A stretch of DNA of 64,000 nucleotides from Synechococcales cyanobacterium VAR_4_metabat_354 (GCA_031414775.1 JANOQI010000048.1:1-64000), one strand, 5' to 3'. Numbered from the stretch's first letter, positions 19,994-32,594 are shown. Translations and numbers: made by a program. Notes: generated by a model not told the origin, from the sequence alone.

Positions 19994-22330
19994 CTATACT
20001 TTAGAAATTTTGCGTAAACCAGTCGCACGGGGTTCCAAAACTTTGGAACCCACCCCCGCGAAATTGACTGCCACCGAAACCTTCCGATCGGATCCAAAAA
20101 CATGGGTGACTTCGCCCACCCCAAAAGTACCATGCAAGACTTTTTCGCCTACTTTCCAGACTTGGGGAGGTGCCTCGGCTGCTTGTTTTTTCTCTGCTGC
20201 TGTGGGTGGTGTTACTTTCGGGCGCATTTTTCCAATTTGGTTGCTTTGCAACAGTTCGCGCGGTAGTTCAGTTAAAAACTGCGATGATACTGCCGGTTCG
20301 CGTTGGCCATATAACCGTCGGGCGCGGGCGTAGGAAATATATAATAGCTCCTGGGCGCGGGTGATACCTACGTAACAGAGTCGTCGTTCCTCTTCTAGAG
20401 ACGCTGGATCGTTAAGAGATCGATAGTTGGGAAATAATCCTTCTTCCAACCCCACCAAAAATACGATGGGGAACTCTAAACCCTTTGAGGAATGCAATGT
20501 CAGCAGCGATACGGCTTTTTTATCATCCAGGTTGTCTAAGTCCGAGCTGAGCGCCTTAGTCGATAAAAAGTTTTCTAGACTGGATTCTTCGGTTTCTTCC
20601 TGAAACTGAGTCGCCGCATTCATTAACTCTTGAACATTTTGTAAGCGATCAGCAGCTTCATCGGTGCCTTGGATTTGTAGTTCTTGCACATAGCCAGAAT
20701 CTGACAACACTCCGGCCAAGACCTCTGTCACTGGACTGGTAGCCATTTCCTGTCGCCACTTATTGATGATTTCGACAAAATTCAGCACGCCTTTTGCTGA
20801 TCGACCGGCTAATGTTTTCACTGAAGTTTCGTCATTGATAATTTCCCACAGGGGTATTCCCATTTGCTGGGCAGCATTTTGGAGGTTGTCGATCGTCGCT
20901 TGCCCTACACCCCGCCGAGGCGTATTGATTACTCGTAGCATACTCACCGTGTCATCAGGGTTATTGATTACTCGCAAATAGCAAACGACATCTTTAATTT
21001 CTTTGCGATCATAGAAGCGTAAGCCCCCGACAATTTGGTAGGGAATGCCACTACGCACCAAGCAATCCTCGATCGGACGAGATTGGGCATTGGTGCGATA
21101 CAAAACCGCAAAATCACTCCATTCTAGTTCGGAGTTCTCGCGATTTTGCTCCAAAATTTTATCTACTACAAATTCCGCCTCTAAGATTTCATTATCGGCC
21201 TGATAAAGATAAATTGGCTCCCCCGCTTCCCTGGTGGCCTTCAGGACTTTATCAATGCGCTGAGTGTTGTTTTGAATTAATTCGTTAGCAGCTTGGAGGA
21301 TGTTGGCACGCGATCGATAGTTTTCCTCTAACTTCACCATTGTCCGAGTGTCGTCATCGTGCAGACCATCGCCAAAGTCAGATTGGAAGTTCATCAAAAT
21401 CGTGAAATCGGCCATCCGAAAAGAATAGATCGACTGATCCGCATCGCCCACCACAAAGATCGATCGATTCTGCCATTCACTAAATACTTGAGCATTGGCA
21501 CCGTTAGTCGCTAGGAGCTGAATTAATTGGTACTGCGTCTGATTGGTATCTTGATACTCATCTACTAAAATGTGTCGAAATTTCTGGTGCCAGTAGTTTA
21601 AAATCTGCTCGTTCTGCTGAAATAGTTTCACTGGCACTAGCAATAAATCATCAAAATCCAGCGCGTTATTCTGGCACAAAAAATCTTGATAGAGCTTATA
21701 AACTTCGGCAATTACCCGCCCATTGTAGTCCTGTTGCTCTCGGGCATAGTCATCGGGAGATAGCGCTTTGTTTTTGGCATTACTGATCGCATAGCGCACC
21801 GTGCGTGGTTCAAATTTTTTGTCATCTAAATTGAGGTGCTTAGTGACAATTTGCTTAATTGCCCCCTGACAGTCGCTATCATCAAAAATCGTAAAATTCT
21901 TTTTCCATTGTCGCCCTTTATCATCGACATATTTTTCGATATCAAAGCGCAGTATTTTCCCCAGCAAACCATGGAAAGTACCGACCCACAGCCGTTTGAT
22001 GTAGGTTTTGTAGATGTGGGACTTGATCCGGGTCTGCTCGGCTGGTGGTAGAGCACTGAGTGGTTTCCCAAATTTTTCAAGGGCGTACCTTTGGGCAAAC
22101 AATGCCTCAATCCGCTCTTTCATTTCCCGAGCGGCTTTATTGGTGAAAGTAACCGCCAGCACATTTTCCGGATCGACCCGATGAGTCAAAATTAAATTAG
22201 CAATCCGGTATGTCAAGGCGCGTGTTTTCCCCGAACCAGCTCCAGCCACTACCAGTAATGCGCCGCAAAAATGCTCAACGGCTTGGCGCTGCGAAGAATT
22301 TAAAACTGCGAGGAAGTCATTCTGAGACAT
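19994..22330 (-). CDS. pcrA: ATP-dependent DNA helicase PcrA/UvrD
   Basis: AGAGSGKT, VDEYQDTN, VGDADQSIY, LEENYRS, EEERRLCYVGITRA. Confidence 0.97.
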   Translation of the reverse strand: MSQNDFLAVLNSSQRQAVEHFCGALLVVAGAGSGKTRALTYRIANLILTHRVDPENVLAVTFTNKAAREMKERIEALFAQRYALEKFGKPLSALPPAEQTRIKSHIYKTYIKRLWVGTFHGLLGKILRFDIEKYVDDKGRQWKKNFTIFDDSDCQGAIKQIVTKHLNLDDKKFEPRTVRYAISNAKNKALSPDDYAREQQDYNGRVIAEVYKLYQDFLCQNNALDFDDLLLVPVKLFQQNEQILNYWHQKFRHILVDEYQDTNQTQYQLIQLLATNGANAQVFSEWQNRSIFVVGDADQSIYSFRMADFTILMNFQSDFGDGLHDDDTRTMVKLEENYRSRANILQAANELIQNNTQRIDKVLKATREAGEPIYLYQADNEILEAEFVVDKILEQNRENSELEWSDFAVLYRTNAQSRPIEDCLVRSGIPYQIVGGLRFYDRKEIKDVVCYLRVINNPDDTVSMLRVINTPRRGVGQATIDNLQNAAQQMGIPLWEIINDETSVKTLAGRSAKGVLNFVEIINKWRQEMATSPVTEVLAGVLSDSGYVQELQIQGTDEAADRLQNVQELMNAATQFQEETEESSLENFLSTKALSSDLDNLDDKKAVSLLTLHSSKGLEFPIVFLVGLEEGLFPNYRSLNDPASLEEERRLCYVGITRAQELLYISYARARRLYGQREPAVSSQFLTELPRELLQSNQIGKMRPKVTPPTAAEKKQAAEAPPQVWKVGEKVLHGTFGVGEVTHVFGSDRKVSVAVNFAGVGSKVLEPRATGLRKISKV

Positions 22331-22594
22331 GGATTCAGATTAAGAGATAATAGAATTTAGTTGGTTAGTAATAAAAAAATATGGCGCGATGAATGTTTAA
22401 TATATATTTTAGTCCTACTCACACCGTCTGGCTTTCAGTCCCCAGTATGACCTTCCCAAAGCGCGAGCTAGAATAACATATAGTATAAAGACATTGATTT
22501 TGAAACTTTAGTTAGTATTCACTCTATATATTAACTCTATATCCTCTCTCCTCGCCAGCTTAGCATTTTGCTGACCCTATATCCCACATAGTTT

Positions 22595-25402
22595 ATGACC
22601 AATTCTCCGGCTCCGCTTCTATCTAACATTGATGATATTCCCTGGCATACTCTCAATACCGCTCAAGCTGCAACTCAGCTCCAGGTTGATGTTAAACATG
22701 GATTAAACAGTCATCAGGTTAAAGAAAGACTAGTTCAGTATGGTAGCAATGAGTTAGTGGCCGCTGCTGGCCGTAGTCGTTGGCAAATTTTGCTCGATCA
22801 GTTCACCAATATCATGCTAATCATGCTGATCTTTGTGGCGCTGGTATCGGGAGTGATGGATATTTGGAGTATGCAGGCAGGAGAGTTTAAGGGATTTCCC
22901 TTTAAGGATACGATCGCCATTATGTCGGTGGTGATTCTGAACGGAATTATGGGGTATTTGCAAGAAAGCAAAGCCGAACAAGCCTTGGCCGCTCTCAAAC
23001 AATTGTCTTCACCCCAAGTGCGGGTGAAACGGAATGGTCAGGTCAGCGAAATTGATGGACGACAACTTGTACCAGGCGACATCATTCTCATTGAGGCTGG
23101 GGTAAAGCTGGCTGCCGATGGTCGGCTATTAGAAGCTGCCAATCTCCAAATCCGCGAAGCGGCTCTGACCGGCGAAGCCACCGCCGTGGATAAGAATGCC
23201 CAGCTGGATTTGAGCGAAGATGTCGATTTAGGCGACAGGTTAAACCTAGTTTATCAAGGCACCGAAGTATTGGTAGGACGCGGCGAGGCAGTTGTCACCA
23301 AAACTGGGATGCAGACTGAGTTAGGTAAAATTGCGGCGCTGTTGCAGTCGGTAGAAACCGAGCCAACTCCTCTTCAACAGCGAATTACCCAATTGGGTAA
23401 TGTGTTGGTTAAAGGCTCACTGGTCTTAGTAGCACTGGTGGTAATCGGTGGCATGATTCCTAGTTTGCTGAAGAACAGTTTTGATATCAAGATGTTTCGG
23501 GAGTTAGTGGAAGTTTCGCTGAGTATGGCGGTGGCCGTTGTGCCCGAGAGCCTGCCCGCTGTGATCACCATTACCCTGGCGCTGGGTACCCAACGGATGG
23601 TGCGGCGGCAAGCTTTAATTCGACGGTTGCCAGCCGTAGAAACCCTGGGCAGCGTGACCACGATTTGTTCAGATAAAACCGGGACGCTCACCCAAAATAA
23701 AATGGTGGTGCAAAAATTAGCTACTTTGCAACGCGATGTGACAATCACTGGCTCAGGTTATCACCCGAATGGTGAGTTTCAGATCGCAGGTGCTCAAACC
23801 GATCCGGCCACTCACCCCGACCTGACTCGGTTGCTGTGGGGAGCGACGCTCTGTAATGATGCGCTATTGCAGTTCAATGACGATCAATGGCAAATTATTG
23901 GTGATCCTACCGAAGGCGCCCTCGTGGTCTTAGCTGAAAAAGCTGGTATCAGTCAGGCGGCTAGCCAGAAAACGCTGCCGAGAATGGGTGAAATTCCGTT
24001 TGATAGCGATCGGAAGCGGATGAGTGTGATTTGTCAGCAAGACAAAGGCTATGTGCTGTTCACGAAAGGATCGCCAGAGATGATCCTAGAACGTTGTCGG
24101 GGAGTAGCGATCGATCACGTCATCTCCGCCATGACTGCCGAGCAACGGCAACAGATCCTCCACCAAAATAATCAGCTGGCTGGCCAAGGTCTACGGGTTT
24201 TGGGTCTGGCCTATCGAAAACTGGTACGGGTACCACAAGCTGGTGACGATCGCGCCGAACAAAATCTGATCTGGTTGGGTTTGGTGGGAATGTTGGATGC
24301 TCCCCGGCCAGAGGTCAGAGAGGCGGTGATCAAGTGTAATACGGCGGGTATTCGGACGGTGATGATTACTGGCGACCATCAATTAACTGCGCAAGCGATC
24401 GCCGTAGATTTAGGGATCGCTGATCCTTCCTGCCGTGTAGTCACAGGGGCTGAACTGGCCAAGATGAGTACCGAAAATTTAGAGGATATCGTAGATGATA
24501 CTAACGTTTACGCTCGGGTTAGTCCCGAACACAAGCTACGGATTGTAAAAGCGCTGCAAGCCCGTCACCACCTGGTGGCTATGACTGGTGATGGGGTGAA
24601 TGATGCCCCTGCCCTTAAACAAGCCGATATTGGGGTAGCAATGGGCATCACCGGTACAGATGTCAGTAAAGAAGCCAGTGATATGGTGCTGTTGGATGAT
24701 AACTTTGCTTCGATCGTGGCCGCTACCGAAGAAGGACGGGTCGTATATACCAACATTCGGCGGTTCATTAAGTACATTTTGGGTAGCAACATTGGTGAAG
24801 TCTTGACGATCGCCGCTGCCCCATTGTTGGGGATGGGCGGTGTACCATTATCACCACTCCAAATTTTGTGGATGAACCTGGTCACTGATGGCCTTCCCGC
24901 ATTGGCTTTGGCGGTGGAACCACCGGAACCGAATGTGATGAATCGAGCGCCCTTTCACCCTAAAGAAAGTATTTTTGCGCGGGGGTTAGGTTCTTATATG
25001 ATAAGGATTGGGCTGGTGTTTGGTATTTTAACAATTTTCATGATGAAAATTATGTATGACTACACTACGGCTGATAGTTATCCTCGTGATCATGATACTT
25101 GGAAGACAGTCGTCTTTACCACGCTTTGCCTAGCCCAGATGGCTCACGCCTTGGCGATTCGATCGAACAGTCAACTCTTAATCGAAATTAACTTCTTTTC
25201 TAATCCCTATCTACTGTGGGCGGTGTCGGTCACAACGCTGTTGCAATTGGCTTTAGTCTATTTTCCACCGTTCCAGAGCTTTTTTGGTACTCATCCATTG
25301 GACATGCTGGAGTTAGGGGTTTGTGTGGGGTTTAGTATGTTAATGCTAGTTTGGATTGAAGGTGAGAAACTTTTCCTTCGCTGGTATTCCCGTAAAGCCT
25401 AA
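22595..25402 (+). CDS. Cation-translocating P-type ATPase (P2A, PacL-like Ca2+ ATPase)
   Basis: [35 protein letters not shown]. Confidence 0.95.
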   Translation: MTNSPAPLLSNIDDIPWHTLNTAQAATQLQVDVKHGLNSHQVKERLVQYGSNELVAAAGRSRWQILLDQFTNIMLIMLIFVALVSGVMDIWSMQAGEFKGFPFKDTIAIMSVVILNGIMGYLQESKAEQALAALKQLSSPQVRVKRNGQVSEIDGRQLVPGDIILIEAGVKLAADGRLLEAANLQIREAALTGEATAVDKNAQLDLSEDVDLGDRLNLVYQGTEVLVGRGEAVVTKTGMQTELGKIAALLQSVETEPTPLQQRITQLGNVLVKGSLVLVALVVIGGMIPSLLKNSFDIKMFRELVEVSLSMAVAVVPESLPAVITITLALGTQRMVRRQALIRRLPAVETLGSVTTICSDKTGTLTQNKMVVQKLATLQRDVTITGSGYHPNGEFQIAGAQTDPATHPDLTRLLWGATLCNDALLQFNDDQWQIIGDPTEGALVVLAEKAGISQAASQKTLPRMGEIPFDSDRKRMSVICQQDKGYVLFTKGSPEMILERCRGVAIDHVISAMTAEQRQQILHQNNQLAGQGLRVLGLAYRKLVRVPQAGDDRAEQNLIWLGLVGMLDAPRPEVREAVIKCNTAGIRTVMITGDHQLTAQAIAVDLGIADPSCRVVTGAELAKMSTENLEDIVDDTNVYARVSPEHKLRIVKALQARHHLVAMTGDGVNDAPALKQADIGVAMGITGTDVSKEASDMVLLDDNFASIVAATEEGRVVYTNIRRFIKYILGSNIGEVLTIAAAPLLGMGGVPLSPLQILWMNLVTDGLPALALAVEPPEPNVMNRAPFHPKESIFARGLGSYMIRIGLVFGILTIFMMKIMYDYTTADSYPRDHDTWKTVVFTTLCLAQMAHALAIRSNSQLLIEINFFSNPYLLWAVSVTTLLQLALVYFPPFQSFFGTHPLDMLELGVCVGFSMLMLVWIEGEKLFLRWYSRKA

Positions 25403-25405
25403 CCC

Positions 25406-26539
25406 GTGTTTCTTAAAAAGCTTCAGCTCCGCCAGTTTCGGAACTACCAAGATCAGTCGATCGAGTTCACTGCGCCTAAGACAATTATCTTGGGCGAGAA
25501 CGCTCAAGGTAAATCCAACCTACTAGAAGCGGTGGAGCTGTTGGCCACCCTGAAGAGCCATCGGGTGAGTAAGGATCGCGACTTGGTAGCTGCCGGGGCC
25601 ACCGAGGGCAAAATTCAGGGACAGATCGATAGGTTGCATGGCACTGTAGATCTAAGCCTCACACTTCGTGCACAGGGGCGGCGAACAGCAGAAGTGAATC
25701 AAGAAAAGCTACGGCGGCAGATGGATTTCTTGGGAAACTTCAATGCGGTAGAATTTTCCTGTTTAGATTTAGATTTGGTGCGCGGAGCACCGGAACGAAG
25801 GAGGCACTGGATTGATGGTTTGTTGTTGCAAATTGAGCCAGTTTACGGACATATTTTGCATAACTATCATCAGGTTTTAAAGCAACGAAATGCGTTGTTA
25901 AAGCAAAGGGAAGATCGATCGTTCAGCTCTGCTGTACCGCAGGTAATCTCTAATACTGAGTTAGACCTATGGAATCAGCAATTAATTGCGGCTGGGACGA
26001 AGGTGATGCGACGGCGAGCCAGGATTCTGGAACGATTGGTGCCAATCGCTCAACATTGGCATAGCCTGATTAGCCAAGAGCGGGAGCAGCTATCGATCGA
26101 TTACTTACCAAGTGTGAGTGTGGGGGACAATAGTGTCGAGAGTATTCACCAGGCTTTTCAGGAGCGGTTGCAGCAGCGGCAGGTGGCGGAGGTGAGTTTG
26201 GGAACAACGCTGATTGGGCCGCATCGGGATGATTTACAGCTATCGATCGATGGCACTCCGGCAAAGGCTTATGGTTCCCAGGGGCAGCAGCGGACGTTAG
26301 TATTGGCACTGAAGTTGGCGGAGTTGGAGCTGATTGAACAAATTGTGCAGGAGTCGCCGCTGCTGTTGTTAGATGATGTGTTGGCGGAGTTGGATTTGCA
26401 TCGTCAGAATCAGTTGTTGTCGGTGATTGCGGACAGGTTTCAGACGATCGTGACAACGACGCATTTGGGGGCTTTTGATGCCAAATGGTTAGATGCAGCA
26501 CAGATTTTACGGGTGGCAGGGGGGCGGATTGTTGAATAA
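25406..26539 (+). CDS. recF: DNA replication/repair protein RecF
   Basis: FRNY, GENAQGKSN, GPHRDD, GSQGQQR, LLLDDV.AELD. Confidence 0.97.
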   Translation: MFLKKLQLRQFRNYQDQSIEFTAPKTIILGENAQGKSNLLEAVELLATLKSHRVSKDRDLVAAGATEGKIQGQIDRLHGTVDLSLTLRAQGRRTAEVNQEKLRRQMDFLGNFNAVEFSCLDLDLVRGAPERRRHWIDGLLLQIEPVYGHILHNYHQVLKQRNALLKQREDRSFSSAVPQVISNTELDLWNQQLIAAGTKVMRRRARILERLVPIAQHWHSLISQEREQLSIDYLPSVSVGDNSVESIHQAFQERLQQRQVAEVSLGTTLIGPHRDDLQLSIDGTPAKAYGSQGQQRTLVLALKLAELELIEQIVQESPLLLLDDVLAELDLHRQNQLLSVIADRFQTIVTTTHLGAFDAKWLDAAQILRVAGGRIVE

Positions 26540-26642
26540 AATATCCTACTGACGACAAGTAACTACTACAAATTCATGGCGTTGTTGTATGAATCAAATA
26601 TTGAACAAAGCGATAGTCACTAACAATGAGTCATTGATCATA

Positions 26643-26831
26643 TCAAAGTTCACTAGGTCCAGGATCAGTCACTATATTAGATTTAACATCAACATTCATA
26701 CAAAAACTTGGGCAATTGTCCGAAGCGATCGCCAAAGAATCTAATTGAGCATAATAAGGGGAAACTGTCGTCACGACTCCCGTCATGAGAGAAGAAAGTA
26801 GAGAGAATTTGATGGCAGCTATTTCTAGCAT
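26643..26831 (-). CDS. Possible small exported peptide (62 aa)
   Basis: ATG with purine-rich upstream sequence; hydrophobic N-terminus; CPSFC motif; sits in an otherwise empty AT-rich spacer. Confidence 0.35.
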   Translation of the reverse strand: MLEIAAIKFSLLSSLMTGVVTTVSPYYAQLDSLAIASDNCPSFCMNVDVKSNIVTDPGPSEL

Positions 26832-27348
26832 TTAATTAACCCTGTACTTTTGAATTGGTATTTGTGGATGATGAGAATTTTCAATTATGTAAATAAAATT
26901 ATCTAGAAGTTAAAATTCATATTAGTTATCTCGAATATTCTCGTCTACTTAAAGATTGGATAAAGAGAAATAAAATATGCAACTTCTTAGACAAACCATG
27001 ATCAAATTGGGTTGAAATCTGATGACGATTAAGTCCGTATTTTTTAAAATCACAGCTGAAAATCTGCTATTACTAGTAATATCGAATCTGGCCAACTTTG
27101 TCAGTAAGAAAAAGTGAGATTTATAAGTGATCAGCCTAATCGTAAAGATTCTTGAACTTAGCTTGATATCTAAATAGTATTTGCGGCTGCGGTATTTAGA
27201 CCAAAAGCCACGAAAAGCCACATAGGAGAACTAGAAAATGTTTGGTGATAGAACATCGCTAAGTGTGTCAAGAAAAGTTGAAGGGCGAACTATAATAAAA
27301 GAGCGATTATGTTTGCTACCGGTGAGCAGTTTTTCTAGAGCTAGTACC

Positions 27349-28005
27349 ATGGATAATTCAATTAGCCCCATTTATCAAGGTCAATTTGGTGAATTCACCA
27401 TTACGGATAGCGATCGCCAGGAAGTCATTCTGTATCGGATTGGCTTAGCAATTGCTGGTGGCAGTTGGGCGATGGGAGTAGCCATGCTATTCATAGCCAA
27501 TCGCAATCCGCAGTTACTCACGGCCTTAACTCCCCTGTTTTTCTTATTCAGTGCCGGTCTGGGATTGAGCCTCTGGAACATTCATATTTACTTAGCAGTG
27601 CTACACCGCTTACTGCAACTGTTTTGGTTGATTGGCACGGTGACAGCAGCAGTTTTTACAATCCGTAGCCCAGAACCATTAAGTTTATTTATTTATTCCC
27701 ACCCGCTATCCATATTGGGTATTGGCTTTATCTTTGCTGCCCTCACCGGTATTTTCTTTAAAGAAGCTTTTTGTTTCAACCGGCTAGAAACCAAGTTCCT
27801 CACACCCTTAATTCCAATTTTATTGCTTGGTCATTTATTTTCATTTTTGCCTCCGTCTGTAGAACAAGCTTTATTAGTACTGTGGGCTGGTCTGTTTCTC
27901 GTTTTTGTTTATCGGAAAGCGGTGCAACCGATTCCACCAGATATTGGTGACAAATCAGTCTTCAACTATCTACAGCAACAAAAATCTGTTGCCGATGCTG
28001 TTTAA
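27349..28005 (+). CDS. DUF2301 membrane protein
   Basis: YQGQFGEFTIT..DR.EV..YR, IHIY, FKEAFCF, DIGDKSVF. Confidence 0.85.
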   Translation: MDNSISPIYQGQFGEFTITDSDRQEVILYRIGLAIAGGSWAMGVAMLFIANRNPQLLTALTPLFFLFSAGLGLSLWNIHIYLAVLHRLLQLFWLIGTVTAAVFTIRSPEPLSLFIYSHPLSILGIGFIFAALTGIFFKEAFCFNRLETKFLTPLIPILLLGHLFSFLPPSVEQALLVLWAGLFLVFVYRKAVQPIPPDIGDKSVFNYLQQQKSVADAV

Positions 28006-28017
28006 ATTTAGGTAACG

Positions 28018-28761
28018 ATGCCTTTTACTCTGTCTCATCCGATCGCGATTGCACCTATTTGGTATGCTTACCGACGACATTTGGATCTAGCCTCTCTCTG
28101 CATTGGAGCAATGGTACCTGATTTGGATTTGTTCATTCCAATTATTCCCGAGGGTGGGCACACCTTAAGGGGTATTGTTATGATTGACTTGCCCTGCGCG
28201 ATTCTATTCTTGTTAATGGTACGGTGGGTAGTTGCCACACCATTCATTGCTCTCTTACCACCCTATTTGGCTTCTTGTCTACCTCAACCCCGAATGCCAC
28301 TGGTATTAACTGCCATAGTATCGATCGCGATTGGTTCACTTACTCATATCATTTGGGATGCTTTTACCCATAAAAATGGTTGGTTTGTGACCCACTACGA
28401 CTTTCTCAGCTTGCCAGCTGGCCGCTGGCCACTCTATGAACTACTGCAACATGGCTGCGGGGTTGCGGGTTTAATCGCGACCGCCCTCTGGATTGCCTGG
28501 GGGTTTGGTCAAGCCCAACCCCAGCAATGCCCCGAAACCCTGCCATTGACCTATCGGTTTGGTATTATAGCTTGGATTGTAATTGCGGCGACTGTTTTAA
28601 CGCTGCTGGATATTAAAACTGGTCTTAATCTCCGGCAGTCTCGGGAAGGTGTCGTGGTTAGAGGTGTGGTAGGTGCCATTACGGGCACAGGAACGAGCTT
28701 TTTAATCTATGCGATCGGCTTTTGGCTCTATCGATCGTCCATTAAAAATTCTTGGGGCTAA
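28018..28761 (+). CDS. DUF4184 family membrane protein
   Basis: MPFTLSHP, GAMVPD, HIIWDAFTH, LQH. Confidence 0.85.
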   Translation: MPFTLSHPIAIAPIWYAYRRHLDLASLCIGAMVPDLDLFIPIIPEGGHTLRGIVMIDLPCAILFLLMVRWVVATPFIALLPPYLASCLPQPRMPLVLTAIVSIAIGSLTHIIWDAFTHKNGWFVTHYDFLSLPAGRWPLYELLQHGCGVAGLIATALWIAWGFGQAQPQQCPETLPLTYRFGIIAWIVIAATVLTLLDIKTGLNLRQSREGVVVRGVVGAITGTGTSFLIYAIGFWLYRSSIKNSWG

Positions 28762-28766
28762 AGCTA

Positions 28767-29228
28767 ATGCAAATTAATGACTCAACTAGCGCATTGCTCA
28801 CCGGACAGCTCCGCGCTGTTCATCACATTGCGTTGAATGTTCAAGATATGGATCGATCTCGTTGCTTCTATGGTCAAGTTTTGGGTCTCCATGAACTGAT
28901 TGACGCCGAAGTTCCTGAGACGTTAAAGGAGTTAGTCGCCGTCGGCAAGGTTGCTAACTTTCGGTTACCGGATGGTCTAATTCTAGATTTGTTTTGGGAG
29001 CCGGAGCTGTTGCCACCACAGGCCGATCCGAGTCAACAATTTACCCGGGTTAGTCACCTCGCATTTGACATTGCGCCCGAGCTATTTGACACAGCGGTAG
29101 CAATTTTACAAAAACATCAGGTGTCGATCGATCATGGCCCCGTGAGCCGACCCACTGGCCGAGGGATATATTTCTATGATCCGGATGGTCTGTTACTAGA
29201 AATTCGTTGTAACCAATTCCCTGAATAG
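28767..29228 (+). CDS. VOC/glyoxalase family protein
   Basis: VHHIALNV, HLAFDI, YFYDPDG..LE. Confidence 0.9.
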   Translation: MQINDSTSALLTGQLRAVHHIALNVQDMDRSRCFYGQVLGLHELIDAEVPETLKELVAVGKVANFRLPDGLILDLFWEPELLPPQADPSQQFTRVSHLAFDIAPELFDTAVAILQKHQVSIDHGPVSRPTGRGIYFYDPDGLLLEIRCNQFPE

Positions 29229-29363
29229 TTTACAACGAATATTGTTGTTCGATAGTTCCCAAGTACTATAATGCGGTGATGGGCAACAAGTTCAAGTCAG
29301 CCGTTCCACAGATGGTGTAAATTGTTGCTCTAACGATCTACCCATTCATTCCTCCTCAATTTC

Positions 29364-32078
29364 ATGATTCAGCAGTTAAACCTCTCCGGGGCAGAAGCCA
29401 GAATCGTACCCACGGAGTTGCATACCGAAATGCAACAGTCGTACTTAGAATACGCCATGAGCGTAATTGTGGGGCGGGCGCTACCAGATGTCCGTGATGG
29501 GCTGAAGCCAGTGCATCGGCGGATTCTTTATGCCATGCACGAATTGGGTTTAACTCCTGATCGACCGTTTCGGAAATGTGCCCGGGTGGTGGGAGATGTA
29601 CTGGGTAAATATCACCCCCATGGCGACCAATCGGTTTATGACGCTTTAGTGCGGCTGGTACAAGATTTTTCTTCGCGCTATCCGCTCGTTGGCGGCCATG
29701 GTAATTTTGGATCGATCGATAACGACCCACCAGCAGCGATGCGTTATACCGAAACGCGATTATCTTCGATCGGACACGAAGCTGTTTTGGGCGAGATCAG
29801 CACCGCCACTGTCGATTTCATTGGGAATTTTGATAATTCGCAACAGGAACCCACCGTTTTACCAGCTCAATTTCCAGTTTTATTGGTAAATGGTTGCTCT
29901 GGAATCGCGGTGGGTATGGCAACCAACGTGCCACCCCACAATTTTGGGGAAGTCGTAGATGGCCTGATTGCCCTGATCGATAATCCCAACCTACCCGATC
30001 ATCAGCTCTGGACAATCATTCCGGGGCCAGATTTTCCCACGGGTGGCGAAATTTTGGGCAACGAGGGTATTTGTGAAGCTTACCGCACCGGTAAAGGGAT
30101 TATCTCCCTGCGCGGGGTTGTGCATATTGAAGAAGCCAGCAAACAAGCTAAATCTGGCAAAGCCAGAAAGCGCCGAGATTCTTTGATCATCACCGAGTTG
30201 CCTTTTCAGGTGAACAAAGCGGCCTGGATCGAAAAGATTGCCGATTTGGTTAATAACCACAAAATTGTCGGCATTGCCGATCTGCGGGACGAAAGCGATC
30301 GAGATGGGATGCGGGTAGTTATTGAACTCAAACGGGATGCCAATTATCAGCAAGTAATCGATAGTTTGTACAAGCAAACTGCCCTGCAAAATAGCTTCGG
30401 TGCAATCTTCTTAGCTTTGGTGGATGGTTTACCAAGGCAGTTGACACTACGCCAGATGCTGGAGGAGTTTCTCAAATTCCGCGAAGAAACCCTGACCCGG
30501 CAATACAGCAGCGATCTGGAACATTGTGAACAGCGTGCCCATATTTTGATTGGACTGCTCACTGCACTGGAAAATCTGGATGAGACGATCGATATTCTGC
30601 GTCATGCCCCAGATGGAACAACAGCTAAAGCCCAGATGTTGGAGCAGTTGATGTTGAGTGAAGCCCAAGCCGATGCGATCTTAGCAATGCCGATGCGCCG
30701 CTTAACCGGCATGGAACGGCAGAATTTGGCCAATGAAGCGGAGGAACAGGCCACTAAGATTGCCGGTTTCCAAAAGCTCCTGCAAGACCGCAAAGAGCTA
30801 CTGAAATCCATGAAAAAGGATCTACGTACCCTACGCAAAAAGTTTTCTGACCCCCGGCGCACCAGGATTATGAATGCTAAACCAATTTTACCCTACGTCG
30901 AGAAACCGCCCAGTGAGCCCCGGCCTAGTGTCCCGGAGACACCTCAATCGACTAGTCCTGATGTCATTGAATCTGCCTCTGTAGTTACGAAGATAGCAAC
31001 ACCAACAACAGCATTATTGGTAGTAAATGATTTGGCCGGTGATGATCCGGTCTTGTCTACAGCAACAGTGGTAGCCAAGGTAGCCAAGCAGCCTCGCTCA
31101 CAACAGATTTCCCTACTATCGATCGAATCCACTCCACCGCAGTTGGTAGAAATTGAATTTACCCAGCGCGGTTACATCCGGGCTATCACCAGACCAGAAA
31201 ACCGATTGGCAAGCAATAATGGCGACTTGGTGGTATCTAGACAGTCGGTGATGAATGACCAGGAATTAGTAGTGATTAGTAGTGGTGGCAAAGCCTATCC
31301 CTTAAAAGTTCAAAACATTCCCACCACTTTCCAACGTAGTGATGTGGGAACGTTAGCCACGCGTTTAGTTCCTAGTTTGACAGATTCTGATGAACAGATT
31401 CTGTATCTATCGAAACCAGCAGAAAACACATCGGCACTAATTTTATTAACGACTCAAGGCCGAGTCAAAAGGCTACTCATTGAAGAACTAGCTGGTTTAA
31501 CCACCAGGGGTTCGGCGCTGATGAAGATGCGAGAAGGTGATCAATTAGTATTTGTCACACCACTACAAGATGCTAAGGAATTAGTGATTGGCACCTCGAT
31601 TGGACGGTTATTAAGATTAGCTATTAATGCCGACCAACTACCGATTCAGGGTCGGCCTTCCCAGGGAGTGCAGGGTTTACGAGTTGGTAGCAAGGAGCAG
31701 CTGGTGGGCTGTTTGCCAGTGAAAATGAGTGATAATCTACTACTATTGACTAGCCAGGGCTATGGCAAGCAATTACCGGTGTCCGCATTGCGGCTGGTAC
31801 CGACCGGCAATATTGGCAACCAAGTATTGCAATTTAGTAGTCATGAAGATCAACTAATGGGTATGCTAGTGGCCACTGCTGGCTCCGAGTTAAGCGTGAT
31901 GACCAATCAAAATCGAACTATAGAACTATCGATCGATCAAGTGCCAATTATGGGAAAGGAAGGAATTGGCGAACAAGTGCTGGAGTTGTCAACAGCTGAG
32001 GAAATAGTCGGCTGGCAGGTTCAATCAGAATTAGAAGTGACAAGTTCGTCAACATCACCCCCTAATTCATCTGTTTAG
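29364..32078 (+). CDS. parC: Type IIA topoisomerase subunit A (second cyanobacterial GyrA paralogue, ParC-like)
   Basis: [31 protein letters not shown]. No recognisable GyrA-box; long Pro/Ser/Thr linker before the beta-pinwheel repeats. Confidence 0.85.
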   Translation: MIQQLNLSGAEARIVPTELHTEMQQSYLEYAMSVIVGRALPDVRDGLKPVHRRILYAMHELGLTPDRPFRKCARVVGDVLGKYHPHGDQSVYDALVRLVQDFSSRYPLVGGHGNFGSIDNDPPAAMRYTETRLSSIGHEAVLGEISTATVDFIGNFDNSQQEPTVLPAQFPVLLVNGCSGIAVGMATNVPPHNFGEVVDGLIALIDNPNLPDHQLWTIIPGPDFPTGGEILGNEGICEAYRTGKGIISLRGVVHIEEASKQAKSGKARKRRDSLIITELPFQVNKAAWIEKIADLVNNHKIVGIADLRDESDRDGMRVVIELKRDANYQQVIDSLYKQTALQNSFGAIFLALVDGLPRQLTLRQMLEEFLKFREETLTRQYSSDLEHCEQRAHILIGLLTALENLDETIDILRHAPDGTTAKAQMLEQLMLSEAQADAILAMPMRRLTGMERQNLANEAEEQATKIAGFQKLLQDRKELLKSMKKDLRTLRKKFSDPRRTRIMNAKPILPYVEKPPSEPRPSVPETPQSTSPDVIESASVVTKIATPTTALLVVNDLAGDDPVLSTATVVAKVAKQPRSQQISLLSIESTPPQLVEIEFTQRGYIRAITRPENRLASNNGDLVVSRQSVMNDQELVVISSGGKAYPLKVQNIPTTFQRSDVGTLATRLVPSLTDSDEQILYLSKPAENTSALILLTTQGRVKRLLIEELAGLTTRGSALMKMREGDQLVFVTPLQDAKELVIGTSIGRLLRLAINADQLPIQGRPSQGVQGLRVGSKEQLVGCLPVKMSDNLLLLTSQGYGKQLPVSALRLVPTGNIGNQVLQFSSHEDQLMGMLVATAGSELSVMTNQNRTIELSIDQVPIMGKEGIGEQVLELSTAEEIVGWQVQSELEVTSSSTSPPNSSV

Positions 32079-32084
32079 CAATAT

Positions 32085-32594
32085 TTACCCCAATTTAAAT
32101 TTATCTAAAAAATCTGGCTGCTGCAAACCACTACACCACATCACCAAAGCATCTTCGGCTGGCTCTTGGTAATATTTTTTGCGCACCCCCGCAATCACAA
32201 AACCCATTTTTTCGTACAGCCCTACCGCTACTTCATTGGAAGCCCGGACTTCTAAGGTGCCATAGTTCATGCCGATCGCTACGGCCTGGGCAAATAATCC
32301 AATTAATAAATCTTGACCCCAGCCTTGTCCCCGATGGTCGGGATGAATGGCTAAGAGGGTAATATGAGCTTCATCTAAAATTGCCCAGAAACAGCCCATA
32401 CCAATCAGTTGATTATCTGGCGGTGCATCCACAAATGCCCCGACAAAATGGCCATTGTCGCTGGCCAATTCCCGCCGGTAAGTATCGATCGACCAATGAC
32501 CACCAAAACAAATTTGGTCAATTTGGAGCATTTGATCAAGATGATCGATCGTCAATGGTCGCAATTCAGCCTTTTCATTAACCATAATTAGCAC
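32085..32594 (-). CDS. rimI: Ribosomal-protein alanine N-acetyltransferase
   Basis: ILDEAHITLLAIHP..RGQG, LEVRASN, RKKYY...EDA. Confidence 0.93.
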   Translation of the reverse strand: MLIMVNEKAELRPLTIDHLDQMLQIDQICFGGHWSIDTYRRELASDNGHFVGAFVDAPPDNQLIGMGCFWAILDEAHITLLAIHPDHRGQGWGQDLLIGLFAQAVAIGMNYGTLEVRASNEVAVGLYEKMGFVIAGVRKKYYQEPAEDALVMWCSGLQQPDFLDKFKLG

